Positions 8,474 to 18,228 of a stretch of DNA of 64,000 nt are shown one piece after another (positions within the stretch are counted from its first letter, which is position 1; every line of letters begins with the position of its first letter). The DNA is taken from the IMG/VR virus record IMGVR_UViG_3300041411_000080, positions 256,859 through 320,858 of that record, one strand, 5' to 3'. The notes beneath the pieces are model-generated. The model worked only from the letters and a program-made list of their open reading frames with translations. It was not told where the DNA came from and did not search any database. The position numbers and the translations under genes were made by a program.

Positions 8474-10225
8474 TTAATGCATTTCGATATTGAAGAAGCC
8501 TTTGTTGAAACGAACTGTAGCCAAAGGACGATAGCCACCACGTGCCTGGCGCAGTACACGGAAGACATTAGCTTCAGCAGCATCGACCATGAATGAACGA
8601 CGCACACCTTGATACTCGAGATGTGGAGTCAACACAGCACCGATTTGAGAACCGATAGCACACCGGTTAGCAGCGTAGATCTTGTCGAAGTGGTCACGGT
8701 CATACGCGGATGGAGTAACAGTGTTCAACTGCTCTTCATCACAACGTGCCAAGAACTGAAGAAACTTATCGTGAATGTTGTGAACATCACAATCAATCAC
8801 GAGACGGCTTTCTTTCGCACGTCTTGCCTCAGCAAAGATTTTCGAAAAGGTTGGCCAGATCTCACCATTGACTAGCGCTGGTTCCGACACAGTAGCTTCT
8901 TCTACTTCAGTCGCTTCAGGTTTATCGCCAGTGGCGAGTTCTTCAAGACCGATCAATGCTGCTTCAAGATGACCTTTACTAAACTTCAACGAATCCACAA
9001 TACGTTGCAACTCAGGTGGGACAATGTCCTTAGCCGATTTGACGTAGTTAGGGATCAACGTCGCGATGATCTCGTCGTATTGATCCAGAGGGAAGTTCTT
9101 CTTAACGAATTGAATCAATCGTTGAGTGATCTCTTCATCGCTCTTACCGGTATTGGAACCTTTCAAGATAACACCTTTGATGGTTGGTACTCCGATTGCA
9201 GGTTCAGCGACCGGGTAAGTCGCAATCGAGTAATCACCCTCATTGCTATTACGGATAACGGTTTTGGTTTTACCGTCCTCATTGTAGAAGTACTTAACTG
9301 TTTCCTTGAAGTTAGGACTACGGCTAATATTCGCAGTACGGCTAGCCTCAAACAGGAAGTCCTCGACTTTACCGATGTTACCATCTTCCAGCCACAGCTC
9401 GTAAGCGGTTTTCTCTTGCACAGGTGGGTTCACATTGGTCCTCAGCATTTGCCAATCTTTACCGAACATGTTAGTACAGATTTGATTGATGATCTCTAGA
9501 GATTTACTTTTAGCCAGAAAGTAATCCTCGTACTTTGGAATTCTAAGTTTCATGGAGAGTCCACTGTTAGGTAATGGTACAGTAATGCCAACCTCTTCAG
9601 GGGTCTTCACAGTTTGTGGTTCCAGCGCTTCACTGAATGTGTCTACGCGCTTAGCGATAACTGGATCAGCTGATCGAGCTAACTGCATACGACGACTACG
9701 TTCATCCAGTGCATCGGTATCAACGACCTGCTTACCATCAACTACCTTAACGATCTCTGGTAAGACTTGTGGATTAGCATCCTTAGGATGATATCCGATA
9801 TTGGCTTGATCAGTTCCACGTACAGGGAAGAATAGATCAGCAAAGACTCTATGGAGCATTGGAGATTCAGACACTTTACATTTATCCTTGGGGAATAGGG
9901 ATGGAATGATTACGTTGTTATAGTAATCTTGATGTAACTGCGTTCGTGAACGTAATTGCTCACGATAGTCAGGTAACGCTGTTTGGTACAGCTTATTGAC
10001 TGCAAGAGTAATCTCTTCTACGTTGTCTGCATTCATCGATAGTAATAACCAATCGATGGTAGCTTTCACATCACTTGGAATATGGAGTCGCTGTAGCACT
10101 CCACGACCATTTACTTCACCAATCAGATCGTCCCCATACTCAGCTACGACCTTATCCCAGTCACAGTAAGTGTGTAATGTAGATACACGACCATTTGCAC
10201 GCTTAACGCGATAGTAGTGCTGCAT
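8474..10225 (-). CDS. large hypothetical protein
   Basis: Start refined to MQHYY after GGAGGGG; 583 aa. Confidence 0.8.
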   Translation of the reverse strand: MQHYYRVKRANGRVSTLHTYCDWDKVVAEYGDDLIGEVNGRGVLQRLHIPSDVKATIDWLLLSMNADNVEEITLAVNKLYQTALPDYREQLRSRTQLHQDYYNNVIIPSLFPKDKCKVSESPMLHRVFADLFFPVRGTDQANIGYHPKDANPQVLPEIVKVVDGKQVVDTDALDERSRRMQLARSADPVIAKRVDTFSEALEPQTVKTPEEVGITVPLPNSGLSMKLRIPKYEDYFLAKSKSLEIINQICTNMFGKDWQMLRTNVNPPVQEKTAYELWLEDGNIGKVEDFLFEASRTANISRSPNFKETVKYFYNEDGKTKTVIRNSNEGDYSIATYPVAEPAIGVPTIKGVILKGSNTGKSDEEITQRLIQFVKKNFPLDQYDEIIATLIPNYVKSAKDIVPPELQRIVDSLKFSKGHLEAALIGLEELATGDKPEATEVEEATVSEPALVNGEIWPTFSKIFAEARRAKESRLVIDCDVHNIHDKFLQFLARCDEEQLNTVTPSAYDRDHFDKIYAANRCAIGSQIGAVLTPHLEYQGVRRSFMVDAAEANVFRVLRQARGGYRPLATVRFNKGFFNIEMH

Positions 10226-10411
10226 ATCCCCTCCATAGGGCATATTCGTGCAGACATAGTCTACACTAAGAATAAGGAATATTATTCGAGGGCCCCTACG
10301 GCCCCCTCTCATAATATACTATTTATATCTAAGTAATTCATTTAAAAAGCAAATTACAAAAGCTCTTTAGTAAACAAGTTTACTGTTGTAAATTGCTTCT
10401 CCTAGAATTAC

Positions 10412-11005
10412 TTATGCGGCGGGCGGGGTCACCAGCATCCCGCTGACCAGCCGATCGAATTTCTCGTCATCGAATACATCAAGCGTTTTGGGACAGGTCT
10501 CGGCGATGTCGAGATCCTTTATGCATTCAAGGCTACCTTTGGCGTATATCCTACCCGATGCACTATGCTCATGATTAAAGCCGCCACATGGAACACGGTA
10601 AAAATCAGCTTCAATGTCATAAGCAATGATCTTACCGGGTAGACCCTCCAATTTAGGCTTATCGCGCATGATGGTCAGATGAACTGGGTTATCTAGAGTC
10701 TCGATCGAAATGAATGTCTCTACGTCAAACTCAGTATCTAGCTTACGACAACCATCATAGTAACCTTTGTTCGGACGCTCATACAGGTAAGGGCTTGCCA
10801 GATGCTCGTCCATCCTCTTTCTGAACCGAGCTACACGATCAACTACCTTTGGATCTTCCATTTGAATAAGCCACTTATTTACAGTAGCTTTAAATTCTGG
10901 AGACGGTTCAAAGAACCAGAAGGTAGCATTACGGAATGAAATGATATTCCAAACGTCGTACAGAGCCCACAGGTGCTTTAACTTACCTTTGCTGATGCGT
11001 GACAT
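10412..11005 (-). CDS. hypothetical protein, SKGK N-terminal motif family
   Basis: MSRISKGKLKHL; GAGGA SD. Confidence 0.75.
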   Translation of the reverse strand: MSRISKGKLKHLWALYDVWNIISFRNATFWFFEPSPEFKATVNKWLIQMEDPKVVDRVARFRKRMDEHLASPYLYERPNKGYYDGCRKLDTEFDVETFISIETLDNPVHLTIMRDKPKLEGLPGKIIAYDIEADFYRVPCGGFNHEHSASGRIYAKGSLECIKDLDIAETCPKTLDVFDDEKFDRLVSGMLVTPPAA

Positions 11006-11174
11006 TCAATACGTCCTCAATGAGCTTACGATGCGTTGGAAGGTCTTCTGACGCTACACCTGGAGTCACCGATAGTAAAGCTAGTCCGGCAAAGTACCGA
11101 ACCCGCATATCCTGAACGGTATTGGCTGTAGACTGATATGGAAACGACAAACTAATGGCTGGAAGATTAGACAT
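10983..11174 (-). CDS. small hypothetical protein
   Basis: Start refined to MSNLPA; overlaps both neighbours in operon fashion. Confidence 0.55.
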   Translation of the reverse strand: MSNLPAISLSFPYQSTANTVQDMRVRYFAGLALLSVTPGVASEDLPTHRKLIEDVLNVTHQQR

Positions 11175-11499
11175 CGGTCGGACCCTTCTCAGTGAATAGT
11201 GTAACCATAGGTAACCCATGACGAGGTTGTCCAGTACTCTTGTCGACCTCAACCACACGTTGTCGTCTAACTGGAACATCCAACGCTAGGTAAGATTCAG
11301 GTATACCCATTTCAACCATGAGCTTATTAGCATTCTCAGTTAACCTGCGGCGAAAATCCAACCGTTTGGCATTTAAAGCTTTAAGCTGTGAATGCGTAAG
11401 AACTGGTTGGCTGAACACCTCACGGAGTTTACCGAGTTGCATCAGACCACGGTATACCTGAACTAGATACTGACGCTTACCCTTGGATACTCTGGCCAT
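11167..11499 (-). CDS. hypothetical protein, SKGK family
   Basis: MARVSKGKRQYL; GAGGGG SD. Confidence 0.75.
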   Translation of the reverse strand: MARVSKGKRQYLVQVYRGLMQLGKLREVFSQPVLTHSQLKALNAKRLDFRRRLTENANKLMVEMGIPESYLALDVPVRRQRVVEVDKSTGQPRHGLPMVTLFTEKGPTDV

Positions 11500-11743
11500 T
11501 AGACTGGTACCCCTCTAATATTTCATTTCTGATCTTTTGGAGAATTGCTTCTGTTGCAGCAGATGGTTTAACGAAAGGTTTAATTTCTACATTTCGTGAA
11601 TTAGTGCAGAGTGTGGTACTTAAGCTCTGTGCCTTCGCAGCTAAAGCAAAAAGATCTATTTTACCGTTACGGATAAACTTGTCACGAAATACCATAGCGG
11701 CAATATGGTCAACCAGAAACTTTCTTTTACCTTTACTAATCAT
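11477..11743 (-). CDS. hypothetical protein, SKGK family
   Basis: MISKGKRKFL; GAGGA SD. Confidence 0.75.
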   Translation of the reverse strand: MISKGKRKFLVDHIAAMVFRDKFIRNGKIDLFALAAKAQSLSTTLCTNSRNVEIKPFVKPSAATEAILQKIRNEILEGYQSNGQSIQG

Positions 11744-12119
11744 CTATCCAGTCCTCATCGTCTAGTGACGGGTTAACACAATTTTCAGAACGTTTGCGGT
11801 GCCACGCATTATCTCGGATGGCAGCTTCTTCGAAGAAGGTTGTGTAACCACCTACCCCTTCGTAATCACGTTCCCCGGCCTTACCCCATAGGTTCATTCC
11901 GGTACGACGATATTCAGCAGCGTCTTCATGACCACCCACCTCAGTACGGCGATCAGATTCAACTGGATCATTACGTGCCACGGTCTCATCACGGAAGTAG
12001 TTATGTGACCATTCACACCCCATTCCGTTAGATGCTGTTCTTACTTGTTCGTAACACCGATATTTGTAGCGCTTGAGACCTCGGTTAAGCCCCCGGAAGA
12101 GAGTTACTGATGATGACAT
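11736..12119 (-). CDS. hypothetical protein
   Basis: Start refined to MSSSVT after AGGAG. Confidence 0.7.
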   Translation of the reverse strand: MSSSVTLFRGLNRGLKRYKYRCYEQVRTASNGMGCEWSHNYFRDETVARNDPVESDRRTEVGGHEDAAEYRRTGMNLWGKAGERDYEGVGGYTTFFEEAAIRDNAWHRKRSENCVNPSLDDEDWIDD

Positions 12120-12273
12120 AGCACGCTCCTGTGTAAACCACCGCTGAGGCAATGTAGAGTACCCGGCGATCTTTAGCATCCCAGTTAGGACTCAGACTAC
12201 CCAACATGAAAACGTAGCTGGCAAGAACAACACTAATGGTCAAGCAAACAATACCGATAATAACCCAAGGCAT
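12085..12273 (-). CDS. small two-TM membrane protein
   Basis: Two hydrophobic segments; AAGGA SD. Confidence 0.65.
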   Translation of the reverse strand: MPWVIIGIVCLTISVVLASYVFMLGSLSPNWDAKDRRVLYIASAVVYTGACYVIISNSLPGA

Positions 12274-12283
12274 GATCTAATCC

Positions 12284-12499
12284 TTATTTGCAGAAACTGA
12301 AGAGTTGGCCGAGCGATGGAGTAGCTGGCTTTGGAGCAGGTTCATCTGGTTGGTAATTAAGCATCCCATTACTATCGGTAAGCTTAAAACCTTTAACCTC
12401 ATTAGCCTTGGCAGCTTCTTGTTTGAGTGCGTACTGACGATTGTGTTCGGCGGTTGCTGCAATCTTACGGATACGGTGGAAACTATTCTTTTTAGCCAT
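12284..12499 (-). CDS. small basic hypothetical protein
   Basis: 71 aa; GAGG SD. Confidence 0.65.
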   Translation of the reverse strand: MAKKNSFHRIRKIAATAEHNRQYALKQEAAKANEVKGFKLTDSNGMLNYQPDEPAPKPATPSLGQLFSFCK

Positions 12500-12500
12500 G

Positions 12501-12710
12501 TTACGCCTCGAAGTGATAATTAATTGTTACGGTGGCACCTGTAACATCATAGGGTTTATTTTCACAACCTACCGGATACATGTTCGTGTACATCTTACCA
12601 CGGTGATATCCAGTGAGAAGACCAGTCTTGAGATTTTCACACAATACAAAATCACTGTAACCGAATAGGTCACGGAGATAACGGAACTTACCTTTAGATA
12701 TTCGTGCCAT
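12501..12710 (-). CDS. hypothetical protein, SKGK family
   Basis: MARISKGKFRYL; TAATG coupling. Confidence 0.75.
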   Translation of the reverse strand: MARISKGKFRYLRDLFGYSDFVLCENLKTGLLTGYHRGKMYTNMYPVGCENKPYDVTGATVTINYHFEA

Positions 12711-13015
12711 TAGTTTCCACCATGGTCGTTATTAGGATGCCAGCGATCCCGAGTGTTGGAGTTAGATCGAGCATCACCACGGAACCAAAGATTTGTTTCA
12801 GCATTGGGACTAGCTTCAAGGACCAAGATGTTACCATCGGTACCACGTCTCACCCGTCCTGCATACCAACAACATTCTGCATCTCTTTCTTCTCGATAAT
12901 GCAAAACAGCTTGACGATTAGTATACATAACGAAACGACTTGGATCTCGTCCCATCATAACTCCATCACGCTGTCCGTGGTAACTAGCAGTTTTTAAATC
13001 ATGACGTACGCCCAT
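12710..13015 (-). CDS. hypothetical protein
   Basis: Start refined to MGVRHD after GAGG, downstream of the terminator. Confidence 0.65.
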   Translation of the reverse strand: MGVRHDLKTASYHGQRDGVMMGRDPSRFVMYTNRQAVLHYREERDAECCWYAGRVRRGTDGNILVLEASPNAETNLWFRGDARSNSNTRDRWHPNNDHGGN

Positions 13016-13074
13016 GTGAGCCTCGTTAATGAAGATACCCAACCATGATATAAATTTGAAATAAATTGTGTTGA

Positions 13075-13109
13075 CGACATAAACCCCTACCCGAAGGTAG
13101 GGGCTATTA
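13075..13109 (-). terminator. terminator
   Basis: CCCCTACC-UUCG-GGTAGGGG then TTTATGTCG on the minus strand. Confidence 0.85.
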
Positions 13110-13469
13110 TTACGCTGCGGGGAGCCACACACTCAAGTCATACACACCGGGCTGCGCTTTAAAGATGTAGGCTGTTACAGATTCAGCATCTGTACCTTCA
13201 CCTGGCCGCAGACCGATTACAACGGTATCTTCCCCATTCAACAGTAGACGTTGTGTACGTACTGTCTCAAGGCTAACACCGTCGGCGTCGACGACTGGAG
13301 TAAACGCTTTAGATTCTTCAACGAAATGAATCTTGTCTGGGATCGTAGTAAACGGAGCCATGTTAAACAGCTTCATAACCAAACGCTTCATTACAGCAAG
13401 GGGAAGCATTTTAGCAGTAGCTACAGCAGCTAAGTCATACTCGAATTTGTCAGCAATTGAAAAAGCCAT
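13110..13469 (-). CDS. hypothetical protein
   Basis: Start refined to MAFSIAD after AAGGA. Confidence 0.7.
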   Translation of the reverse strand: MAFSIADKFEYDLAAVATAKMLPLAVMKRLVMKLFNMAPFTTIPDKIHFVEESKAFTPVVDADGVSLETVRTQRLLLNGEDTVVIGLRPGEGTDAESVTAYIFKAQPGVYDLSVWLPAA

Positions 13470-14298
13470 TCTGTGGTCCTTTCGTAGTAAAGTACGTGTG
13501 GTATGCGCGAAGGATTGGGTTATCCAAATCCATCTCCTGATAACGGATGCGTACCTCAGTATCAGTGGAGTGGTCACGGTAGGCAACCCCTACAATCGTG
13601 AACCGTTTCAGGTCTTCAAGTTCTTCGTTTTCAATGCGAAGGAACTTAACCCCGATCTTACGGAAGCGCTTCAACAGTACATCTGTACCATAGGCCACTT
13701 TCGAAACGATATCGGGAAGTTGGATAGGCATGTCGCTATAGAAATCATTCCATTGATCTTTCGTCATCGGTTCAGCATGACGGAATGTCGGTAGGTAATC
13801 GGTTTGGAATACGATAACCCCCAGATCTTCTTGTATGGGTTTGTGAATCACATGAGACTTCATCGGTACACGAGACAACTTGTACAATGTAGTCGTATTC
13901 GTTTCTTCCATGGCCTCTAGGAGGTCCTCCATGGCACGATTAACGCCACGGTTATACACGAGTTCTCTGAAGCGCCAATCGCGCTCAAAAGCTTGCTCAG
14001 GAGATTCCTTGGTGAATTCCTTAGTCACACTGTATTCGATTGTTTCGCCAGTAATGTTATCAGTCACAATGAACGCATAAGTCATTGCATCTATACCGGT
14101 CCACTGAACTTTGAATTGTTCAGGCTTGCATGGTACTACACCTGCACGCTCGTCTTTCAAATAGACAAACATATCTTTCAGGTGAGCCCAAGTGTCACAA
14201 GGGCATCCGAGATACTCAAACGGAATGTTTGAATCTGGGACTCCTCTAGGGTTGCAACAACTCATGGTTACAGACCTCGATAAAGTTATTGGATACAA
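13450..14298 (-). CDS. hypothetical protein with Cys-rich N-terminus
   Basis: 282 aa; true start may be MSCCNP after GAGG. Confidence 0.75.
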   Translation of the reverse strand: MYPITLSRSVTMSCCNPRGVPDSNIPFEYLGCPCDTWAHLKDMFVYLKDERAGVVPCKPEQFKVQWTGIDAMTYAFIVTDNITGETIEYSVTKEFTKESPEQAFERDWRFRELVYNRGVNRAMEDLLEAMEETNTTTLYKLSRVPMKSHVIHKPIQEDLGVIVFQTDYLPTFRHAEPMTKDQWNDFYSDMPIQLPDIVSKVAYGTDVLLKRFRKIGVKFLRIENEELEDLKRFTIVGVAYRDHSTDTEVRIRYQEMDLDNPILRAYHTYFTTKGPQNGFFNC

Positions 14299-14304
14299 AT
14301 GATA

Positions 14305-14350
14305 AAAGAAAAAAGAAAGCTAACCCCCTCCATTACGGAGGGGGCTATTA
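14305..14350 (-). terminator. intrinsic terminator
   Basis: CCCCCTCC/GGAGGGGG stem followed by a U-rich tract on the minus strand. Confidence 0.85.
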
Positions 14351-15067
14351 TTACGCGGCTTCTTTCTTACGTTCGGATACGATGTTACGGATCTTGTAAA
14401 TCATCTCCGAAGGGCAACGCAGTGTTGGAGTACCTTCTGGTACCCGTTGCGCAACCCACTCCTCGACCATGTCCCATTGCACCAACCCACTAGTAGGGTT
14501 AATGTACAGAACCTTCACGCCGTTAATGACGTGAATCAGAGGAGATACCCAGAGTTGATATTTGGCAATAGTGCCGATCATCTTCGATGGACCACCCGTG
14601 TCCTGCTTGTAAGTCCAACCTTCTTTAACGACTTCGTCATACAGACGATGAACTTCGTAGCTGGAGTTGATCTGCACTACCAGATCTACCGAACTGTAGT
14701 CCTTACCGTCTTCTGGACTTTCAATGCGGATGACCTCCTCAGGTAATGCTTCGTAACCGATCGGCATACCGAGCAACCAGCGAAGAGCGGCATTGATTTG
14801 ACTGGGCAGATCCTTTTGTGGAAACACCGACTCCAGCACCTTGGCTTCACCGAGGTAGAAAGCCAGCTGCATGTTGACGTGTTGTACACTTACTTCTACC
14901 CAGCGATCACCCAGCTTGTATACCAAGCAACGATCACCGATATTGGTGAGGATAGTGTGGTAAACATCCATACCGTCGATATCTACCTTCTTTGCCGTAC
15001 GGACGAAACGGTCATGGAACGCCATTACTTCTGCCATTACAACCGAACCATCAACTAAAAGTGCCAT
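14351..15067 (-). CDS. hypothetical protein
   Basis: 238 aa; AAGGA SD. Confidence 0.75.
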   Translation of the reverse strand: MALLVDGSVVMAEVMAFHDRFVRTAKKVDIDGMDVYHTILTNIGDRCLVYKLGDRWVEVSVQHVNMQLAFYLGEAKVLESVFPQKDLPSQINAALRWLLGMPIGYEALPEEVIRIESPEDGKDYSSVDLVVQINSSYEVHRLYDEVVKEGWTYKQDTGGPSKMIGTIAKYQLWVSPLIHVINGVKVLYINPTSGLVQWDMVEEWVAQRVPEGTPTLRCPSEMIYKIRNIVSERKKEAA

Positions 15068-15090
15068 GTTTGTATTCCTTACAGTAAGAG

Positions 15091-15540
15091 TTATTGTTTA
15101 TCGAATTCTGAATAGTCCAAGCGAGCGATGCCCACTTGATCCAGTTGTGCGTGACGTACTTCATCGGGTGTACCTGGAACCTTCGCCACCGCTTCTTGTT
15201 GAAGCTTCTTCCGACTTGCCTCATAAAGAGCTTCACGCTCCAACAAGGTAAGTGGTCGGGCGATAAAACTATGGACGATGAACTTTGCAGCTCGCTCAAC
15301 TTCCTTGGTCCTCATCGGATAAACCGCGTGACCATACGCCGTCGTGACGCTAACACTAATGCCATCGTTATTAGCTTCCAGGCGGATCGTCCGGGCCATA
15401 TTGGCGCGCCTGTAACTAATACCGTTCGCCACGTGATAAGCGTCGAGGTCAAAATCCATTGACCCCATCAATTCAACAACCCGTTCAGAAACAACTTGAA
15501 CGGCCATGTTCACGGTATGATAAGTAACCTTACCCATCAT
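15091..15540 (-). CDS. hypothetical protein
   Basis: 149 aa; ATGA coupling. Confidence 0.7.
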   Translation of the reverse strand: MMGKVTYHTVNMAVQVVSERVVELMGSMDFDLDAYHVANGISYRRANMARTIRLEANNDGISVSVTTAYGHAVYPMRTKEVERAAKFIVHSFIARPLTLLEREALYEASRKKLQQEAVAKVPGTPDEVRHAQLDQVGIARLDYSEFDKQ

Positions 15541-15875
15541 ACCACCTCTTCGATTACAGATGGATCAAAGCTATCTTCCAGAAAGCCGATAATCTCATCA
15601 GTGATCTGCTTCAGGTCTTTACGGTCGTAGTCTTTATACGTAATGACCGCATCCTTGGTAGCGTTGTTGACGTAAGTAACCCGCGCTAAGCCACCCTTGA
15701 TGTGTCGTACCGTAATTTCTTTAAAGCGTGCCATGGTGTTGAAGGCCAACCCATCTTCGATGATGTCTACGAACACCCGCTTGTACGGCATATCGTTACA
15801 GCTACCTTCATGGTTGAGGGCGGCCAACAATTGTTCGTTGAAGCTGAATACGGGAGACGGCATGAATCTTAACAT
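15537..15875 (-). CDS. hypothetical protein
   Basis: 112 aa; AAGGA SD. Confidence 0.7.
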   Translation of the reverse strand: MLRFMPSPVFSFNEQLLAALNHEGSCNDMPYKRVFVDIIEDGLAFNTMARFKEITVRHIKGGLARVTYVNNATKDAVITYKDYDRKDLKQITDEIIGFLEDSFDPSVIEEVV

Positions 15876-15892
15876 TTCAAAGTCCTTTAGGT

Positions 15893-16582
15893 TTATTGGA
15901 ATACGCCACGAGCAACTGGTTCTTCGATCGATTCACCATACATCAGCTCGAAGGTTACAGCGTTGACTTGCGGAGCATAGGTAGTCTTACCACCGGACTT
16001 CGGATCTTCGATAACAACGATCACGTCATCCAGTTCGGTAAATACAGACAACACCTCGTCTTCGCCAACCGTTGCATTGCGAGTAGCCAGATAGGCGTAA
16101 ACCGCATTGGTGCTGATGTGGGGTGCCGGAAGAACCTTCGGAGTGATCTCCAGAATGTACATCCGATTTGCTACATACAACGTTTGGGTGATAGGGTGGA
16201 TGAAGTAGCGACTTTCCGGTGTAGTCGGATTAGTAGCGTACTTGTTACCGGGACCACCGGGACGAACGATCTTTGCAATGACCTTTTGGGCCGTATGCAG
16301 GAAGGTAGTCCACTCGGGGTATTCCTTACCGAACTCTAGCGCTTCGATGGAGGTGATCTCTTTCATCTCACGACGATCGATCTGGCCATGGATGCGATAG
16401 ATCAGCGAATGCGTATCCGCAGCACCATCGGTTGGGATCAGGTTAACCCAGTCCTTGATCTGATACATACGGAACTTGGAGAATCGACCACCGATCCCAC
16501 AATCCATAAACGCCTGAGCGAAGATCTTGAGGGTACCTTTAGAAAAGGCATTCAGTGCAGTTTTAGAAACGGTAGCTTCCAT
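15893..16582 (-). CDS. hypothetical early protein
   Basis: 229 aa; AAGGA SD. Confidence 0.75.
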   Translation of the reverse strand: MEATVSKTALNAFSKGTLKIFAQAFMDCGIGGRFSKFRMYQIKDWVNLIPTDGAADTHSLIYRIHGQIDRREMKEITSIEALEFGKEYPEWTTFLHTAQKVIAKIVRPGGPGNKYATNPTTPESRYFIHPITQTLYVANRMYILEITPKVLPAPHISTNAVYAYLATRNATVGEDEVLSVFTELDDVIVVIEDPKSGGKTTYAPQVNAVTFELMYGESIEEPVARGVFQ

Positions 16583-16607
16583 GGTTAAATTCCTTTAAGG
16601 ATAAGGG

Positions 16608-16817
16608 TTAGAGGCCGAGGGATTTAGAAGCAAAACCTACAGCGTCACGTACAATCTCAGTCAGGTCAGGTTGACGAGTGAGTTCGCCAGCGGTATAAGC
16701 ACGGTTATGCTCACGGGCCAGCATACGCTTGCGTTCTTTGTTGGACATAGGTGGGAGATAATCGACATCTTCGATGATGTCATGATGTGCTTCTTTTGGG
16801 ATTGCATTCGGGTTCAT
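16608..16817 (-). CDS. small early protein
   Basis: Start refined to MNPNAI after AAGGA; first gene behind an early promoter. Confidence 0.7.
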   Translation of the reverse strand: MNPNAIPKEAHHDIIEDVDYLPPMSNKERKRMLAREHNRAYTAGELTRQPDLTEIVRDAVGFASKSLGL

Positions 16818-16852
16818 TGGAACGTCCTTTAGAGTTGGGCTAATACACAGAT

Positions 16853-16879
16853 GTAATATACTCCTTAAACGCCTTCTAA
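16853..16879 (-). promoter_or_regulatory. phiKZ-type early promoter
   Basis: TTAGAAGGCGTTTAAGGAG-TATATTAC on the minus strand. Confidence 0.75.
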
Positions 16880-16925
16880 TAATACATCTATACCCAATCA
16901 TCTGATTAATCAAGAGGCTATAGCC

Positions 16926-18170
16926 ATGGCTAAACAAACAATGCGGGAGGTAATGGATGAACATTTCAAAGATGTTAAATTCGATACAGCCCTATGCAAA
17001 CGGATTATCGAGTATTCGATTCGTTTCATGAACCGTAACGAAGACCACTCTGCTTTCTTCGGTGGTGTGCTGATGGGTGTGAACCCTGTCTACTTCTACG
17101 ACACAGACCGAGAGATTTGGTTTGATGACGTATTGAAGGTTGACGAAGATCTACTGCAACACGACTTCCAGAAAGCTGAAGGCGTAGACCCTAAGAACCA
17201 GAAGGTAGCATCAGACGTGATGAACTACACTCCTGGTTACGTAGCTATGCGACTGATGAAGCAAGACGACATTCCCCTCAAAACGCGCGAGGAGGCGTGC
17301 AAGCATGCGTTCCAGGTCCTACACTACAAGTACATCACATCGTTGCTTGTACGACGTTTCAAGTACCCTGCTCGCCGTGAAGTAGCTGAAGCTTCTTTCG
17401 CTGCACTGAATTACAAGTTCGATATCAAGACAATCGGTAGTTGGGGTGCTCTAGTACGTGATCGTGCTGAAGGTATCATGTCACGGGAATCGATCTATCA
17501 TGACGTACTGACAGAGAAACCCGGTGTTGATTACGACTACTGGACTCGTCGGATTGTAACCGATACTCAGACTCGTATTCGTGAGCTGATCAACAAGTAC
17601 TACTCCGTATACATCGCTACCCTTAATGCTGGCCACACTATCCGTACAACTTCGGATATCATGGTTAACACTGATGGTGAGATGGCACTGCGAGATAAGG
17701 TGAATGGTTATCGTACCTACCTGACTTACATGCACGCTGTGTGTACTAACAAGGATAACCTGATTAAGCTTGAGCTGTTACCGATTGTTAGTTCTGCTAT
17801 GCACACCATGCCAGAAGAACAACTGATTAAGTCTCTGGAGTTCTTGGCTCGTAACTTTAACCAGCCTAAGTCTAAGGACCTGACCAAGTTTGTGGATGAG
17901 TCGTTGCTTTACTGCTTCGAATATATGCAGTCGATTAAACAGTCTGTTGCACGTCAGAACGATCTTAAAGAACTGGTAACCCGTTTGCGTCTACTGTTGA
18001 TGGCTCCTAAGTCTTCTGACCCACGAGTGTTGTTGATTCGCGATATGGGCGACCAGATTGTTAAGAATGCCACTAACTCTCGACATGCTGGTCAAATCGC
18101 AGCTACTCGTACAGGCTTGGTCCTTTACCTGATTCTTCGGGCAATGACGAAACAGTACTATACGAGATAA
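16926..18170 (+). CDS. conserved phiKZ-like protein (gp32-like position, probably virion-associated)
   Basis: 414 aa, GAGG SD; synteny next to tail tube and sheath. Confidence 0.65.
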   Translation: MAKQTMREVMDEHFKDVKFDTALCKRIIEYSIRFMNRNEDHSAFFGGVLMGVNPVYFYDTDREIWFDDVLKVDEDLLQHDFQKAEGVDPKNQKVASDVMNYTPGYVAMRLMKQDDIPLKTREEACKHAFQVLHYKYITSLLVRRFKYPARREVAEASFAALNYKFDIKTIGSWGALVRDRAEGIMSRESIYHDVLTEKPGVDYDYWTRRIVTDTQTRIRELINKYYSVYIATLNAGHTIRTTSDIMVNTDGEMALRDKVNGYRTYLTYMHAVCTNKDNLIKLELLPIVSSAMHTMPEEQLIKSLEFLARNFNQPKSKDLTKFVDESLLYCFEYMQSIKQSVARQNDLKELVTRLRLLLMAPKSSDPRVLLIRDMGDQIVKNATNSRHAGQIAATRTGLVLYLILRAMTKQYYTR

Positions 18171-18228
18171 TACTCAGCGGGACATGATGTGTAGCAATAT
18201 CGCTACACTACTACTAGAAGGCAATAAG

